A DNA stretch of 63,872 bases, counting the filler, from Reticulomyxa filosa (taxonomy: Eukaryota > Protista > Foraminifera): assembly GCA_000512085.1 (NCBI GenBank). It is 20 parts of 20 records of this genome, joined end to end, with 100 filler letters (N's around TTAATTAATTAA, not from the genome) between each part and the next. Parts side by side here need not be neighbours in the genome. Positions count along the whole stretch, not along the records: positions 1 to 3,609 come from ASPP01004075.1; positions 3,710 to 6,007 come from ASPP01004011.1; positions 6,108 to 7,288 come from ASPP01001600.1; positions 7,389 to 9,183 come from ASPP01007704.1; positions 9,284 to 10,388 come from ASPP01017639.1; positions 10,489 to 12,266 come from ASPP01007277.1; 14 more parts are not named here. One strand, given 5' to 3'. Positions 1-12,366 of the stretch are shown in pieces (position 1 is the stretch's first letter; each line of letters opens with the position of its first letter). Position numbers and translations under genes: made by a program. The notes below the pieces were generated by a model. The model ran no database searches. It was not told where the DNA came from and saw only the letters and a program-made list of their open reading frames with translations.

Positions 1-34
<34 letters not shown>
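1..34. repeat. (ATA)n microsatellite
   Basis: Perfect trinucleotide run at the window start. Confidence 0.9.
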
Positions 35-36
<2 letters not shown>

Positions 37-89
37 CATATGATGTCATCTTATTATCTTTTGGTGGATACCCAAGACATACATTACTA

Positions 90-2078
90 ATGAAATACAT
101 AAGTGTTTGGAGTGATATAGAAAATATTCAGAACGAACATAAAGAAAATCATGTCAATGAATGGATACCTTTTCTCAATGACAACAATGAACCAATTTCT
201 ATTGGCAGAGATAAAGATAATTATTTAGGATTGCGTGCAGTAATTAGTGGTAGCAATAATCATTTGTTGTTTATTTCACATTTTCCAAATAACATTAGTG
301 TATTCAATTTAAATACATTTCAATATGTGAAACATAGTATTTTACCTACAAATGATAATGACAGAATAAGATATCATTGTTTTGTATTGAGGGAATCATC
401 AAAAAAAAATACAAATCAAAAAATACATGAAATGATGTTATTTCACAAAAATACTGGATTATCCATTGAATACGATGAAAATTACAATATTTTTCAATTT
501 TATGGTGTACGAGTTTGTACAACTATGAGATCATTTTGTTGTTATGGATTTGTTTATATCGATGATTCTATTTTATTTTTTGGTGGATATGACGGAATAA
601 AAAATGCTTCAAGAGAAGTTTATCGATATTCAATTGTAGAAGATCAATGGGTAAAGTTTGAATCAATTCTACCCATGCCATTGAATTGTTGTATTGCAAC
701 ATTGAGTGGGGATAATAAATTTGTGCATGTTATTGGTGGTTATAATGAGCATGAGACTCTTTCTACACATATGAAAACAATATTGCAAAAATGGACAAGT
801 GAAATAGAAATAGAAAAGGAATGGATGAAGAAAGAAGAGGAAGATAGACATAACGAAGAAATAGAAAAAGGAGAAAAAGAAAAAAAGAAATTAAAATGAT
901 GAACGAAGAATTAAGCATGATGGGACAACAACAGCTCAATATACAGAAATTAAAAGTTAAAAATATGTGTATTATTCAATTATTTTCTTTGTCCACTATA
1001 ATAACATAAATAAATGAAAAGAGAACAAAAGAAATATCAATAATAATGAATTATTGGATTCGTTCATATTCAGTTAAAATAAAATGGATTGACGAATGTA
1101 ATGCTGTCATTGCAAGATATATTCTGGTATGTTAGAATTTTTTTGTTTAGCAATAATATTGAGAAAAAAAAAAAAAAAAGTTAATACATTTGTAATAGAG
1201 AAAATACTATCGACCTTTAACGATTCTTCAAAGACATCCTTCTTATGTACGCAATGTAAAATTTTCTCCAGATGGCTCTAAGATTGTTTTATGCTCAAAC
1301 AAGACAGTCAAAATATTGGATACTGCATCCGAAAAAAAAACTGGGATACTTAAAGGGCATTCAGATATTGTAAATGATGCACAATTTTCACCAGATGGAA
1401 ATATGGTTGTTTCATGTTCAGATGACAAAACCATTATATTATGGAATGAATCCTCACGTAAAAAGACAACCGAATTAAGAGGACATGAAGAGGCTGTAAC
1501 AACTGTCCAATTCTCATCAGATGGAAAAACAATTTTATCTTCTTCACATGATCAAACAATTCGAATATGGGATGTACATTCCGGACAAAAAGTAGTAATT
1601 TTAGAACAATTCAATAATATAACATATGCACAATTTTCACCTAATAATCAACAAATTATATCAGTATCCGATAATCGACCAATTGAAATTTGGGATGTAA
1701 CAAAACGTGAAATAATACTCACATTGGGTAAGAATACTCGACATGAACGTAAAGCAAAATTTTCATCAAATAGTCGTTTGGTTGTATCTTCAAAAACAAA
1801 AAAATATTATTATGGGATGCGATATCAGGAAAAAAAGTAAAACATTAGAAGGTCATTCTGATGCAGTAAATGATATGCAATTCTTTTCAGATAATCAAAC
1901 TCTTGTCTCATGTTCAATGGATAATACAATTCGATTGTGGGATGTGGAATTAGAAGTAGAAATACAAAAGTTGCAAGGCGATTCTGAAAACATAACTATG
2001 ATAGATGTTTCATCAAATGATAGTACAATTGTATCGATTTCTGAAAATGGAACAATTCAATTATGGGAGTCATTATGA
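90..2078 (+). CDS. Kelch-repeat plus WD40-repeat protein (5'-partial, multi-exon, homopolymer frameshifts; possibly a pseudogene)
   Basis: Kelch GG motifs (ILFFGGYDG, VHVIGGYN) in 90-899. A linker exon at ~1022-1126 reads EISIIMNYWIRSYSVKIKWIDECNAVIARYIL. WD40 repeats follow (GHSDIVNDAQFSPDG...DKTIILWN; DQTIRIWD; DNTIRLWD). GT..AG introns lie at ~956-1021 and ~1127-1198; frame breaks fall in A-runs at ~880 and ~1800. Confidence 0.8.
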
Positions 2079-3223
2079 AATTTTTTTATTTTAGACTTGT
2101 TCTCACTCTTCATTATTTGATGAAAAGATAACCAATAAACACATTTTTAAAACATTATTTCAAATACAAAATATATACTTACATAAAAACACTTTTTTGT
2201 GCACTAACGAACGTCATTTTCTGAATCTACAACTTCTAACTCTGCACAACATCGAAATTCTGTGCAAAGAGGAAATTCAATTTTGCCATATTATTACGCA
2301 ATATAGATTTATCAAACTTAATCAACATCAAGATCAACTCTCAAAAAAAATCTAAAATCAAACAAAAAATAAAGAACAAAATTTTTGTTCGAAAGTAATA
2401 ACAATAGAAAAAAATGAAAAAGTGAATTTTTGTGTCAGACAGCACACAAGCACGTCTTAACAAAAATTTAATTTTTTTTTAAATATAAACTCAAACTTTT
2501 CCAAAAAACAAAAAAACATGAAAGGATATTGCATATGTCGTTATAAACAAAATAAATGCTTTCTTATTGTTTGAATGCTCGAAAGCGGCAAGTAATAACA
2601 CAAAAGTCAATGTGGAACTATACTTGCAACATCAAGTCATGTTTTGATAGGAAAATGCATACAATGTACTTGGTAGCTTAGATATCGCTTGTTTTGTCTG
2701 ATGTATTGCCTTTTTTTTTGTAATATAAACAATATAGCTATTTTGATGTTATGTAAAAACAATAACAAAACAATCAAAGCGAAAAAAAATCAAATTTGCA
2801 AAGAAAAAAAAATTTTAAAAAATCAATAAGCAAAATAATAATGTTGTAGAAAATAATAAAATGTTTGTAATTGACAAAAAATTGTAGAAAAGATAAAATA
2901 CATTTTGAAACAGTTGAACCTTCTTATATATTTTAAAAAATGTTTATTTTGACTTAGAAAATTGATCATCCTCACATATGTCATTTAGTTTGTCATGACT
3001 TTTGTGCCTAAGATTGTATCGTTTTTCGGAACACCTTCCGATCTAAAGGAAAATATATATAATGATAGAATATCTACAATTGTGTATTTTTATTATGCAC
3101 GCGTCTGCTTGAATGTCCCAGTGACATTTTTTTTGCCAAGAAACCACACTTTTTTTTTTGAAGTTTGTGCCTGTTTGGAAAGGGAGGCAGAGAAATTGCA
3201 AATAAAACAAAAGGACATTGATC

Positions 3224-3470
3224 ATGACAGCAGGTCCTCGCTCAGCAAAAGCGGAATTGAAGCGCCTTGAGCAAGACAAAGCGCAATTAGAGGTGCGAGA
3301 GAAGAAGTTGAATGAGCTGGAACAAAAGCTGGGAGCGAAAAAGTTGCAACTAGAGAAGATGGAGAAAGAGTTGGTCGCGAAAGAGAAGATAGTAAAAAAT
3401 GCGGAAAAGAGGATAAACGAAAACCAACTCAAAACTGAAAAAGAAACAGTCAAATTATCACCACAAAACG
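3224..3470 (+). CDS. Coiled-coil protein, first exon (3'-truncated by contig end)
   Basis: MTAGPRSAKAELKRLEQDKAQLEVREKKLNELEQ has heptad character and is followed by AT-rich intron-like sequence. Confidence 0.5.
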
Positions 3471-4885
3471 TTTGTATAAAAAAAAAAGAAAAATATAAAT
3501 ATTTATGTATATGTTTATAAGTATTTAATACACAAATATTTCTTATTTGAATATGTACACATATATATATATATATATTTTTTTTTTTTAACTCTCAAAA
3601 AAAAAAAAANNNNNNNNNNNNNNNNNNNNNNNNNNNNNNNNNNNNNNNNNNNNTTAATTAATTAANNNNNNNNNNNNNNNNNNNNNNNNNNNNNNNNNNN
3701 NNNNNNNNNAGGTCTAACTCATAATAATAACTTTCAAATTCATCCCATGACCATTGAAGCTTTTTCTGAGTAGCTGTAATATCCTTTATTTATGTTAGTG
3801 TTCTCAAATGTCCTCTTTGTCATTATCGATATTTTAATATCTTTGCTTGTTGTTTCACTTAACTCGGATAATTTTGCGCGCTTTGAAGGGACAATATCCT
3901 AAACGATCTTGAATGAAGAATGTCAGTGTGTCTTGCTACAGTCATATACAACTACATTTGTTCTTGTTAATTCAATATAATTTTAAAAACAAAAAAAAGC
4001 GAAACTCGTAGTTTCTGTCTTTGTCCAGTTGCGTCTAATCTCACAAAATATTTGCGATCTCTTTCTTCACGGTTAGGGAGATCGTAACCTTTGCTGAATT
4101 TACGGATATTTTCAATTAAGACAGAAGGTTGGATAGATACTCAAAAAAAAATGTGTATAAAAACATAAGCACTGTTATGACGTCACTTGCAAGTACAGTA
4201 TATTAATTGAATAAAATATTGCTTATTAAATTTAATTTCCATTATACAGTCTTCTAAATAATTCGTAAAGAAAAATTGAGCTAATTCAAAAGAATAACAT
4301 TTATTGCCCAAATGGAATGGCTATTGATTTTGTTTAGTCGTATGTCTAGATTAACATAACATTTCGCATGAGTACATTTCGAAATATATTTTTTCCCGTA
4401 ATATATCACATAGTGTTGTGATTAAATATTTTAATTGATTTGTAAAGTATTTAATTGAATTGTATTAGATTTTATTTAAATAAAATATATTGAATTATTA
4501 TCTAAAATATTTTAAAATAAAGTTTAAATACTTGAAATAAGTATAAAATTTCTTGTAGAGCAATTTTAAAGATTCGAAGCATTCATTGCAATAACAAAAT
4601 TTTTGTTTTTAGAAGAGAAATTATTATGACAATCGTTTCGATATTGCTTGTATGATTGACGATTAGGAAGGCAGTAAAATTTGCATTTGAATTTCTGCAA
4701 ATTTACTACATGAAAATTTTGGTGTTATCTTTTAAGTTATATTTATACCATTTTGCATTGCTTAAGATATTACTTAAAAAGTTTATAAAGACCAGAAGCA
4801 CTTAGCAGTCCCTTAAGAAAAAAGAGGGAGCAGCCCAATACATATTTTCAAGTAATAATATTCTCTTTTGAGTTTAGGTGAAGCC

Positions 4886-6007
4886 ATGAATGGCCTAAAC
4901 TGTGTAAAAGGTGAAATACATAATGTATTAGCAGTATTGCGGATAAGTGGACGATCTCGATCGGGACTGTTTAACTTTTCGATAAATGGAGGAACTGACG
5001 ACAATTTGGAAACCCTGAGAAATAAATTGGTAGTATCTTTTAAAGAATTGCATGCGTGTTTGGGACTTCAGAGTTCATTGAAAGATATTGACACGTGTGT
5101 GTGGCTGCAGCCATTTATCGATTTGATATTGTCTGACATCAAAGGTGTAGATGTGATGAACATGACATTGTCTGCCATTCACAAATTTCTGTTGTATTCT
5201 CTGCTCGACGAAGAGTCTCCCAACGTCTGTCAAGCGTTGCATGAAATCCTGAATGCCGTGATCCATGCCAAATTTGACCGTATGTAACTTTGCAATGGCA
5301 TATCAATTCCACGCTGTTTAATCAGTGGCCATATGGGGGTATTGAATGTGTGTATGTATATGTGTGTAATGTAGGACACTCGAGAAGCGAAGAAGAGTTA
5401 GTATCGATTCGAAGCATGGAAGTGTTATTGGAAATACTGCGATGTCCCGCAGGGTATATGTTATCTGACGACGACGTGTGTGGGATTATCCAACACGTGT
5501 TTGAAATGCGGTTGTATCACGCCTCGAATCACAGCGTGTTAATGGTGCGCTACATCGAAAATGCATTAATCCAAATGATCATATTGATCTTCAGCGAACT
5601 AGTCGACGAAGATATTTGGAGTGCCAATTATCACTCCTTGCTCGAAGCCAAAAAGCAAAGCCAAACAAAGGCCACGGACACGAACAAAAGATTTCCGTAT
5701 TATCACGCGAGTGGCATGATCCAACCCTTTGGACATCGACGACGAATACAAAAGATGTGTTTGCAAGACGCCGATCCCACGAATCCCACGACAATGGAAA
5801 AGAGAGTGGAGAGGAAAGTGGATGAGTTTCGGCATGACCGCCACGCATATCCAAAGATGGCAATGGAAGAGATAGCCGAAGAAAAAGTGAAGGAAAAGCA
5901 GTCTTCGTCCGACCGTAATTCCTTTGAGACAAAAGAATTGCAAACACAAATACAAACTCAAACTCAAGCTCAAGTTCAAACTCAAACACAAACTCAAACA
6001 CAAACAC
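4886..6007 (+). CDS. GBF1: GBF1/GNOM-like large ARF guanine-nucleotide exchange factor, N-terminal DCB region (3'-truncated)
   Basis: VKGEIHNVLAVLR, WLQPFIDLILSD...TLSAIHKFLLY and EILRCPAGYMLSDDDVCGIIQ match GBF1-family N-terminal motifs. An in-frame GT..AG intron lies at 5280-5374. Confidence 0.75.
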
Positions 6008-6210
6008 NNNNNNNNNNNNNNNNNNNNNNNNNNNNNNNNNNNNNNNNNNNNTTAATTAATTAANNNNNNNNNNNNNNNNNNNNNNNNNNNNNNNNNNNNN
6101 NNNNNNNTATCCAATCAACAATATTTGCAAGCTGAGATTGAGAATCAGAATAAAAAAAAACAAAAAGCATAACAAATGAATCTCCTTTGAATTTAGTAAT
6201 ATTCACTTTC

Positions 6211-6771
6211 TTATAAGATCAGCATAGCAAATAAAGCTGCTGTCACACCAGTTCCGATGGAAATAATTGCCAATCGATTGACTGCTGCAACGGTTAAATC
6301 TTTAGTTGTGGTAATCATTGTATTTTTTGTTGCATGATAAGCAAACGAGAATGCTAAACCTCCTTTCACTGTAGCATGAATTATAGGAACAGTTTTAATA
6401 GCTTCAATAACTACTGGCAGTACTGTTACTGGAAATGGTGGAAATGAAAGAATAGCAGCACCAGAGAAGGCGACAACTAAGATAGTTCCTGTAGCACGCT
6501 GGGTACCTGATGCAAGTCCAGCAAAAGGCCATTTATAAATTGTAAAATGTGGAGAAATTGGTCGATGTGATGCCACCTCTTTTTGATTTTCTTGACTTTC
6601 TTTGGTTGATACCACGTTAATACGCAATCCAGAAGATGTACTGGTAGTACTTGCGAACACACGAGCGGGACAATACAAACTGCCATTGATCATAGGTTTT
6701 AAACTTGATTCTGCTCTCTTAAGAGAAGAGGCAAAAAAATACATACGATGACAAGCTCGAAAAGTGCTCAT
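6211..6771 (-). CDS. SDHC: Succinate dehydrogenase cytochrome b560 subunit (SDH3/SDHC)
   Basis: HRPISPHFTIYKWP signature, an Arg/Ser-rich presequence, three hydrophobic helices and FAYH carrying the heme-ligand His. Confidence 0.9.
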   Translation of the reverse strand: MSTFRACHRMYFFASSLKRAESSLKPMINGSLYCPARVFASTTSTSSGLRINVVSTKESQENQKEVASHRPISPHFTIYKWPFAGLASGTQRATGTILVVAFSGAAILSFPPFPVTVLPVVIEAIKTVPIIHATVKGGLAFSFAYHATKNTMITTTKDLTVAAVNRLAIISIGTGVTAALFAMLIL

Positions 6772-7388
6772 AAGTTCTTTGAACAAACAAAGATATGATG
6801 TAAGAGTTTTTTAAAAAAAAAAATTTTAGAGGACAGCACCTGTTTTGCGCTCAGTGTGGAAATAAGATTCTTTGAAGAACAACACATCAAAAGTGATTAA
6901 TTTGTGTCATTTTTTTTGGCTGGGTATGGTGCAAAATCGTAGAATTTTTTTTTTTGACAATTGGATTAATTGTTCAATAAACATCACACTTCCACACTTT
7001 TTAAAATTTCCATCAAAGGAAAGAAGAGGGTAAAAAACAAAACAAAACAAAACAAACGGCTAAACACTCGTCGTCGTACAAACTTTACAACACAACCAAA
7101 AGCATTGTGCAGATGGAAAAAAAAAAAAATATATAACAAGACCCAGAAACAATTATTTCCATAATTGGAAAGAATATAAAAAAAAAAAGCGATGCACATC
7201 GAATAACAGAATAAAAAAAAAAAATCGAGTTGAATATAAGAATTCTTGTTTAAGGATCTTTTGGTTGGACTTTTACCCATTTCGCAAANNNNNNNNNNNN
7301 NNNNNNNNNNNNNNNNNNNNNNNNNNNNNNNNTTAATTAATTAANNNNNNNNNNNNNNNNNNNNNNNNNNNNNNNNNNNNNNNNNNNN

Positions 7389-7428
<40 letters not shown>

Positions 7429-7464
7429 ATGTGAATTGAGTTTTAAGAGAAAATAACACTTATT

Positions 7465-8313
7465 TTATTCACACTTTAAAAATAATAATGTATAAATGCT
7501 TCTCAACATTTCTGGTGAGATAATGACTTTCTCTTTGGGCTCACCAATTGGTACACTTGCAAGACTGTTGAAGATATCTTTTCCATTACCCTTCATACCA
7601 CGACCTTGCTGCGTTTTATTTGTTGCATTCTTTGTAGCTGCGTCAAATGCATTTTCATTGCCAAAGCCACGAACTTTGTTTATTCTGTTCATTTTAGGAA
7701 CAGACATGGAATATATATATATAATTTATTTTGTTGTTGTTGTGGTTGTGTATACGTAGATACACCTTTTTTATTTAAAAAAAAAAATAAAAAATAAAAA
7801 TAAAAATTAGTGCAGCTGAACACAATGCTCATATTGTTGTGAGTTTGCGTTTGTTGTGTGCGATGGTATTCTGAACATGTCATCATAAAATGGATAGGTT
7901 GTGCGAGTGTTTGACGTATTTATTTTCTGATCTTCGCTTTCCTTCTGAGACTTGGTTCCATTTTTTGCAAATGCGTCGCTACTCGTCTCGTTCATACGCG
8001 GAGATTTTAAAGAATTGTGTAAGGAAGATGTTGTCACAATATTGCTATTGCCAGCAAGTGCAGTGTCTTCTTGCCCTCGGTTTACTGATTGAAATTGCTT
8101 GGATTCTAGCTCATCCATGCATTCTTGCCATATTGGATTATGTCTCAAGTTCTCACAAAGCGTTTCCAATCTCTCACTTTTTACACACAAGTCGCTTTGA
8201 AATATACGCAATACTGCTGCTAACAACTGAATTTTTTGGTTGGCTTGATACAATTTTTCTTTCAGCCGTGCATTTTCCTGTTCTAAGTTTTCTGGTTTGA
8301 ATTTAAAGGACAT
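7465..8313 (-). CDS. Hypothetical protein with N-terminal coiled coil (2+ exons, truncated)
   Basis: ORF 7807-8313 (LEQENARLKEKLYQANQKIQLL) plus downstream exon 7465-7707, separated by an AT-rich intron-like segment. Confidence 0.5.
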
Positions 8314-8774
8314 ATTGTCCGATCTGACTACTCCTTACAAATTATTCAAATATTATTACAGTAAAAATACAGCAGGTGTCTCCCTATGCCAGTTTTTTTT
8401 AAGTACGAAAGTATAACCAATGTGATTACGTGGCTGATTTCTACCATTATTTGCTGTTAATTACAGCAAAAACATTACATAATTGCCAAAATTTATGTTT
8501 GCTTAAAATTTCACTTAAGCAAACTCAAAACAAAGGAAACTTTGTTAGACCTTGTAAAAATCTTCACTCAAGTTGTAGTGATATATTTTCAGGGTATAAC
8601 TAAACAAACAAGCATTTTTATTTGGAATTTTTACCACCTAACTTGTCAGTAAAAAGGGTTTCAAGGGGCCTGGAGACTTTTTCTAAGCTCACTTTTTTTG
8701 TGTTACTTGCTTTTTGTTGTTTGGTTTTGTTTTAAGTTGTAATTGTTGTTGTCTTTGACTAAAAGAAAAGCAAA

Positions 8775-9167
8775 ATGGTGCGCGAAATTGTTCACGTCCA
8801 AGTAGGACAATGTGGTAACCAAATTGGCAACGTCTTTTGGGAGACGATGTGTAAAGAACATCATTTGGCAGAAGATGGAAAATTTGTACCAAGCCAAAAC
8901 AAACACCATGACCAAATCCGTTTGGACAAAATCGGTGTGTATTTCCGTGAAGCAGGAGAAAAAAGATACGTACCAAGAGCAATTTTGGTAGATTTGGAAC
9001 CAGGCATTTTGGAAGTAATTAAAGCAGCACCAACAGGAAAAATGTTTAAACCAGATAATTTTATATTTGGAGCAAGTGGTGCAGGTAATAACTGGGGTAA
9101 AGGACATTACACGGAAGGTGCTCAATTGATTGAGGAATGTGTGGAAGTAGTAAGAAGAGAAGCAGAA
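8775..9167 (+). CDS. TUBB: Beta-tubulin, divergent foraminiferal type-2-like; first exon (truncated)
   Basis: MVREIVHVQVGQCGNQIG, RYVPRAILVDLEPG, FKPDNFIFGASGAGNNWGKGHYTEGA; donor GTTAGT at ~9168. Confidence 0.95.
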
Positions 9168-9283
9168 GTTAGTATAGAATATTNNNNNNNNNNNNNNNNN
9201 NNNNNNNNNNNNNNNNNNNNNNNNNNNTTAATTAATTAANNNNNNNNNNNNNNNNNNNNNNNNNNNNNNNNNNNNNNNNNNNN

Positions 9284-9923
9284 CCTCTCCAATTGTGATA
9301 AAAAAAAAAAAAAAGGCTGAAGAACGAGATGAAGTGGACAACATGAAGAACAGGGAAGAAATGAAAGACGAAGGAATGACAACGATTTATATTTGGAATG
9401 TGGCTCCTCAGGTCGAAAAACGTGAGCTCCGAAGCTTGTTTGGGGCAAAGGACGGAGAGCAGATGTTCTATAACAAGCGCTCCAAAGTATACGCAATTAC
9501 ATTTCAATCGACGCAGCGTGCTCAATACGCATTACGTAGGAACGGACTAGACTTGTATGGGCAGGAGATTGCTGTTCGATTGGTCGATACTGCCGCACAT
9601 CGCTCCAAGATGTTGGCGTCCAATAAAGCCGTCGTCGTCGCCGCCGCCGTTGCCGCAACGACACAGAATGTACCTGCGTCAACGGAAGAACAACAAAAAT
9701 CAACGTTTGAGTCTGCAAATGACAATACTAATTCCAATTCCAATTCCAATTCCAATTCCAAGTCATCACCGACGACACAACACAACGAACTGTTGTCGCT
9801 GTTGAATGAAAATGGGTTGATTGAAGGAGAAGACCCACTCAAGTGGCTTGAAGCTCAGAAAACAATGTTCAAAGATTACGCTGATAGTAAATATGATCAA
9901 GTCACTTACCAAATATTTGATTC

Positions 9924-9962
<39 letters not shown>

Positions 9963-10336
9963 ATGTATGCTATGTGTAATGTCAAATGTAAGTGTAGAAC
10001 AACATCGAACAGCGTGAAGACATGGACGAAAGTAACACATCAAAGGCCAAAGTGACATGGCAGCGCAATAGCCAACTCCCAATGGTCAAGGGATATCAGA
10101 CTATGGGAGCAAAGGATGTATCATTTGAGGAGTCGCGATGGCATACTTATTGCTGTGCGAAGAAACCAATGCCATCAAATGTACGCGATGTGCACACAAC
10201 TGAAAGTCTATTCTTTTCACAGCCCACTTTGGCGCAGGCACAAGTCCTATCCCTTCCATGCGATGTCACTGCATCCAAGTCACTTGACAGTCCCGATCCC
10301 CCCACGCTCTCCTCTTCTCCAATCAGGCACAAGTAG
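9284..10336 (+). CDS. RRM-domain RNA-binding protein (partial, 2 exons)
   Basis: RNP2-like TIYIWNV, RNP1-like KVYAITF and LRRNGLDLYGQEIAVRL. Confidence 0.65.
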
Positions 10337-10488
10337 GTGCAAATAAACATTTCAATTGCTTTGTTTTTTTTTTTTTTTTTTTTTTTTTNNNNNNNNNNNN
10401 NNNNNNNNNNNNNNNNNNNNNNNNNNNNNNNNTTAATTAATTAANNNNNNNNNNNNNNNNNNNNNNNNNNNNNNNNNNNNNNNNNNNN

Positions 10489-11515
10489 AAAAAACCGAAA
10501 CTGTAATACGAAAAAAAAAAACAAATTTTTTTTGCACCGTCAGCAAAAAGCATCTCAACTTCGCTCATTTTAATATCAACTTCCTTTCGCATTTGATTTT
10601 CCATATCCTGTGATTTTTTCCAACATTCTTTCAGTTTTTCTTTTAACTTTTCAATTTCCTCTGATTTGTCGCTTAATGAGTGTTGATAGGCTTCCACTTG
10701 AGTTTTGTGTCGGGCCTTGATCTTTATTACATTGAATAAAAGATTATATATGTATATATACATACATATATAATATATATAGCAAAAGGATAGAAAATAA
10801 AAAGAAATGAAAAGGAGGACCAAAAAAACAAAACAATCCAAAACTTTTGCTAAGTCTTCACAATTCGATTCGAATTTGGCCTTCCATTGGTCGCACTGTT
10901 CTTGCAACTGTCCAGTCAGCTGTTCGTCGTTTTTCAAAGACGCCTTTGCCGAAGCTTTCACCGCAATTAAGTCGTTCGTCAACGAGTCCAAATGCTTTTG
11001 CAACGCTTGAAGCTTTTGGTCTTTCACCTCCAGTTCTGTCGATTTTCTTGCCACTGTTTGGTCAAGATTCGCACATCTGCTTTCTGCGTTTTGGCGAGCT
11101 CTGTTCGGAACAACAACAAAAATTATAATATAATATCTTTTCAACGGACCCTATAAACCTTTGCAAAAAAAAAAAAAAATAAAAAATAAAAAATCAACTT
11201 TTCGGCATTTTCGAATTGCTCTCGCAATGAATTGTTTTGGACTGTAAGCTGTTCGTTTTCTGCTTGCATTTTGTCTTGCAATAGCTGAAAGCGTTTTTCC
11301 GAATCTTTGATTCGTTGTCGAAAGTTGAACTCCGTTTCTTCTAGTAATTGTTTTAGCCGGGCCACCTCGGACCGACCCTCTTGTTGGTGTCGGACAAACA
11401 TTTTCAGGCGGGTGTTTAAGTCGCGTATTTTATGTTTGTCGTCCATTTGCTGTTGTATTGACGGATCTATTTCATCGTCTCTGTTGAAAGGACATTCAAC
11501 GTTATTTCTTTTCAT
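10489..11515 (-). CDS. Lamin/intermediate-filament-like coiled-coil protein (3 exons visible, truncated)
   Basis: DDKHKIRDLNTRLKMFVRHQQEGRSEVARLKQLLEE resembles the IF coil-1A consensus (ELNDRL..YI.KV..LE.EN..L) and is followed by long heptad runs. Confidence 0.55.
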
Positions 11516-12070
11516 TCATTTAGAGGAAGAGAACAAGAACAACAGACAAGTAAGTCATAGTTGTTGTACCCGGAGTTTTTTTCTTTTTCCGCAAGTTTCG
11601 TTGAAGTGGTGGATTCAGTATTTGAAGGCTGAGACATTGACCGAAACGTGATTATATTTGATGGTGGCAACACTTCAGAATTTTTTTTTTTTTTAAGACC
11701 AATAAACTAAGTTTTTTTACAGTAAGACCGAGTTGAAACGAAGCAATAAGCAAAATAAAATTATCAAACGCAGAATACTCTTATTGTCACAAATGGTTGG
11801 ACTGATCACTCAAAAAAAAAAAAGAACATAATAAAGTTTATCAATGTCATTGAGAAAAATGACTCGTCCTTTTTTTTTTTGTCTTTTCAAAATATTGTAT
11901 TTGTCACATTTAAGAAATGATAATCCTATAATTTTTTATAGAACGGCTTAATTGGTTAACTTTGTCAGTTGCCCAAGGAAAAAAAGATGATTTTTTTCGC
12001 AACGTTCAGCTCGTTTCCCCTTTTTTTCTTTTTGTTAAGATAATTGAACATATTGAGTAAGAAGAAAGAA

Positions 12071-12222
12071 ATGTCCAAAGACACTTCTGAAAAAGCGTCG
12101 ACCCAAGAGAAGATCATTCCAGTGAACTACTCACAATTAACACGAGCTTTCTATCGTTCCGCCCAAGACCGCTACGCCGGATGGGAGGAAAGCTTACACC
12201 ATTCGGACAGATTTTGGGGCAA
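12071..12222 (+). CDS. First exon of a truncated gene, possibly an acyl-CoA synthetase N-terminus
   Basis: YAGWEESLHHSDRFWGN resembles the ACS N-terminal Y..S..DP..FW motif; the fragment is very short. Confidence 0.3.
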
Positions 12223-12366
12223 TGTAAGAGCTTGTGCAAAAAAAAAAAAAAAAAAAAAACGTGTTTNNNNNNNNNNNNNNNNNNNNNNNNNNNNNNNNNN
12301 NNNNNNNNNNTTAATTAATTAANNNNNNNNNNNNNNNNNNNNNNNNNNNNNNNNNNNNNNNNNNNN

